The notes beneath the pieces were generated by a model. It was given only the letters and a program-made list of their open reading frames with translations, ran no database searches and was not told the DNA's origin. A DNA stretch of 27,391 nt, taken from assembly GCA_045627165.1 (NCBI GenBank), contig JAZQNC010000172.1:1-27391 (forward strand), given 5' to 3'. Below, in pieces: positions 24,935 through 27,391 of the stretch (within the stretch, counting starts at the first letter, position 1; every line of letters starts with the position of its first letter). Made by a program: the position numbers and the translations under genes. The stretch is from Eubacteriales bacterium. Its GTDB lineage: Bacteria; Bacillota; Clostridia; Oscillospirales; CAG-272.

Positions 24935-26068
24935 TTATTCCGCAAAGAGCGAGGTATATATATCCTTCATCTCATCCTCGCTTATAACATAGGGATTGTT
25001 CTTATAATTGGAAGCACCGCCCGTAGTCTTTACATAAAGCTCTATCTCGTCTTCGGACAGGGTTATCTTATCCGTATACTTTCTCGCAAGAGTCTGTGTA
25101 AGCGCGGAAATCGCATCTGACGAATATCCTACCTGCTTTGCGAAGCTGTCGGTTCTCATCGCGCCCAAAGGAGACTTGCAGGTATATTCCATGTACTTTC
25201 CCGTGAAATATGCGCAGGCAATACCGTGAGGGACCCCTCGGAACATTGTGAGATTATATCCCAACGGATGAGGAAAGCCCGTTCCGGTAGTGTTTATCGC
25301 AATTCCTCCCGCGCAGGAGGCGTACATAAGCATTTCTCTGTCCTTTTCGTCGAAGAATCCGCTGACAGTAAAGCGGCTGAATACTTCAAGAATCGCCCTT
25401 GCGCCGCTGACTGCGTAATATTCACTGTGCAGGGTGGACTTCGGCGACATATAGGATTCTATGCAGTGCGCGAAAGCGTCGAGAGCCGTACTCACCGTAT
25501 ATCTCTCCGAAAGAGAATAGGTGTATTTGGGATCGACAAAAGCATACTTGGCATAGGATGAGCGGCTGTTGAAGGTCTTTTTCTTATTCTGACCGTCAAG
25601 GCTGAGCACGGCGTATGGGTTGACCTCGCTTCCCGTTCCGGCTGTCGTGGGGATAAGGATCATCGGCAGGGAAGGATTCAGACCGCCGTCAAATATCTTC
25701 ATCGGCTCGATATCGTTTGGGGCATAAGCGGCTATTGCCTTTGACGCATCAAGCGCCGAGCCGCCGCCGATACCGATAACAAAGTCCGCGCCGAATTCCC
25801 TCGCTGTTTTTCCGCCTTCGAAGCACACCGACATCAGAGGGTTTTCACCAATTTTGTCAAAGACGGTATATTCCACGCCGTTTGTGGTCAGAGCTCCCAC
25901 AACGTCGTCAAGCGCGCCGGATTTCACCGCCGAGCTTCTGCCTGTAACTATCATGCACTTTTTACCAAGCGCGAAAAGAGATGCATTTGCCGCGACACAG
26001 CCTTTGCCCGATTTTATCTCCACGGGCATGAACATATCATAGCTGCCGTTTACAAAAAAGGAAGCCAT
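24935..26068 (-). CDS. Iron-containing alcohol dehydrogenase family protein
   Basis: GIGGGSALDASK, PTTAGTGSE, and metal ligands in DAFAH, PHPLGY and PHG. GGAGG RBS. Confidence 0.93.
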   Translation of the reverse strand: MASFFVNGSYDMFMPVEIKSGKGCVAANASLFALGKKCMIVTGRSSAVKSGALDDVVGALTTNGVEYTVFDKIGENPLMSVCFEGGKTAREFGADFVIGIGGGSALDASKAIAAYAPNDIEPMKIFDGGLNPSLPMILIPTTAGTGSEVNPYAVLSLDGQNKKKTFNSRSSYAKYAFVDPKYTYSLSERYTVSTALDAFAHCIESYMSPKSTLHSEYYAVSGARAILEVFSRFTVSGFFDEKDREMLMYASCAGGIAINTTGTGFPHPLGYNLTMFRGVPHGIACAYFTGKYMEYTCKSPLGAMRTDSFAKQVGYSSDAISALTQTLARKYTDKITLSEDEIELYVKTTGGASNYKNNPYVISEDEMKDIYTSLFAE

Positions 26069-26092
26069 ATTCAGTATTCCTCCGAATCTGTA

Positions 26093-26127
26093 TAAAACAG
26101 GGGAGAGAACAACTCTCTCCCCTCTGT
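26093..26127 (-). terminator. Intrinsic terminator after the solute-binding protein gene
   Basis: Perfect 9-bp stem GGGGAGAGA (26100-26108) / TCTCTCCCC (26114-26122) with a 5-nt loop. On the minus strand it is followed by TGTTTTAT. Confidence 0.75.
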
Positions 26128-26165
26128 AATATTACGCTTTAACTGCCGACGGACGATCTTTCAGA

Positions 26166-27389
26166 TCATTCCTCGGAAGGATGAAGCTCGCTGTACCATG
26201 TTGTGAACTGTGTAGCGGGAGCAAGAGGATTGCCCTTGTATGTAGCCTGGATATATACAGGCTCTGCCGCGAGTTCTTCTGCGAGCATATCGATATACTC
26301 TTCGATAGATGTGATGGTATAAACCTTGTAAGGAGCACTCTCTTCATCCTCTGCGCCCGCGAGATCCTTAACGAGCGTGGATGTATATGTGCCGGGCTTG
26401 TAAGCCGCGAGCTTAGCGAAGTACTTCTCGTCAAGTTCCTTCAGACCCTTGAGGATCTCTTCGAGAGCGATAGTCTCGAGGGTTTCCTCGGTCTCTTCAT
26501 CTTCGCCTTCATCGGAGGAAGACGCAGCGGGCTTCTTTGTCTCTTCTTCTTCGTCAGGCTCGGGTGTAACTGTGGTCATAACGAAGCCGAGGTAAGGAGA
26601 AATGGACATTTCGGCGTTCTGAAGCTTTGCTGCCGCCCACTTGTTTGCGGAAAGCTCAAGCTCTTCCTCGCTCATATCGCCGTTCTGCCAGAGCTTGAAC
26701 TGGTTGCCGGTATAGAGAGGATTCATCTTGTAATCGCCGCTTATGGATCTGAGCTCGCCTGTGTACTCGTCGATCTCATAATGCTCGTTCTCAACACCAT
26801 ACTGGAAGATGTTGCGGAATTCTTCGTTGACTGTGAGAAGTGTGATAACTTCCATGCAGCGGGAAGTATTCTTTGTGTACGCGCCTACAGCATACATACC
26901 TGCGTATGCTTCGCTGTTTTCAAAGTTGGGGTACTTGTATGTAACTACATAGTAGTCCTCTTCGTACTTGTCGCGGAGAGCGTAATCGCCGGCAACAAAC
27001 GCAACGCCGAATTCCTTTCCTTCGATGGAATCAGCCTTTACATAATCGCCGTCCTTTTCCCATCCGAGCAGAGAAGACTCTGCAAGCTTGTACTGACGTA
27101 CTGCGAATACGTTCTTGGGTGTGGCGGACGCGCCCTCGCCGAGCTTACCTGCGGCATATCCGGCAAGAACAGAACGGCTGTTCATGGGATAGTAGAGGTA
27201 GGACTCAACGCCCACTGTATCTACAACGGGAGTAACCTTTTCCTTTGCGGCAACGGTAGCCTCTTAGTCGTTAAGGTCGTTGATAACGGTGATCTTGTCG
27301 ATATCGAAATAATACTTGTCGAACAGCTCGCGGTTGATGAGCATGTACTGGTACTCGCCTACCACGTGGTTGTTCGGGATAGCGTATGT
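26166..27389 (-). pseudogene. Extracellular solute-binding protein (DUF3502-type C-terminus), 5' end outside window, interrupted by an in-frame TAA (true pseudogene or sequence error)
   Basis: The frame of the 26166..27215 ORF continues upstream to the window edge (TYAIPNNHVVGEYQYMLINRELFDKY...), with a single TAA at 27266-27264. MEVITLLTVNEEFRNIFQYGVENEHY resembles clostridial sugar-SBP C-terminal regions. Confidence 0.7.
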
Positions 27390-27391
27390 GC

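Overview
A 27.4-kb chromosomal segment from what looks like an anaerobic Bacillota/Clostridia-type bacterium (inferred from gene content and consensus sigmaA promoters; taxonomy not checked). In order, it holds: the 3' end of rpoC and its terminator; a CUT1-type ABC importer (ATPase, two permeases, lipoprotein solute-binding protein); an SGNH esterase, a PHP hydrolase, uvrA and a six-hairpin-type glycosidase; a GH109-like Gfo/Idh/MocA protein divergent from a URO-D/MtaA-family protein. A minus-strand block follows, comprising a PHP hydrolase, a CysC-CysQ fusion and cysD (no adjacent cysN), then a stalked barnase-like lipoprotein, barstar, an MFS permease and a membrane protein. The window ends with htrA plus an OmpR-type two-component system, an iron-containing alcohol dehydrogenase, and a partial solute-binding protein gene interrupted by an in-frame TAA. 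I see no rRNA, tRNA, CRISPR array or mobile element. The most unusual items are the CysN-less sulfate-activation operon with a kinase-phosphatase fusion and a perfect palindrome in its leader, the GH109-like/zinc-ribbon glycosidase/URO-D cluster, and the tethered RNase-barstar-transporter unit. Three motif-breaking substitutions lie near the two window ends and may be consensus errors. Start codons were adjusted from the ORF track using RBS and motif logic. No database searches were run.
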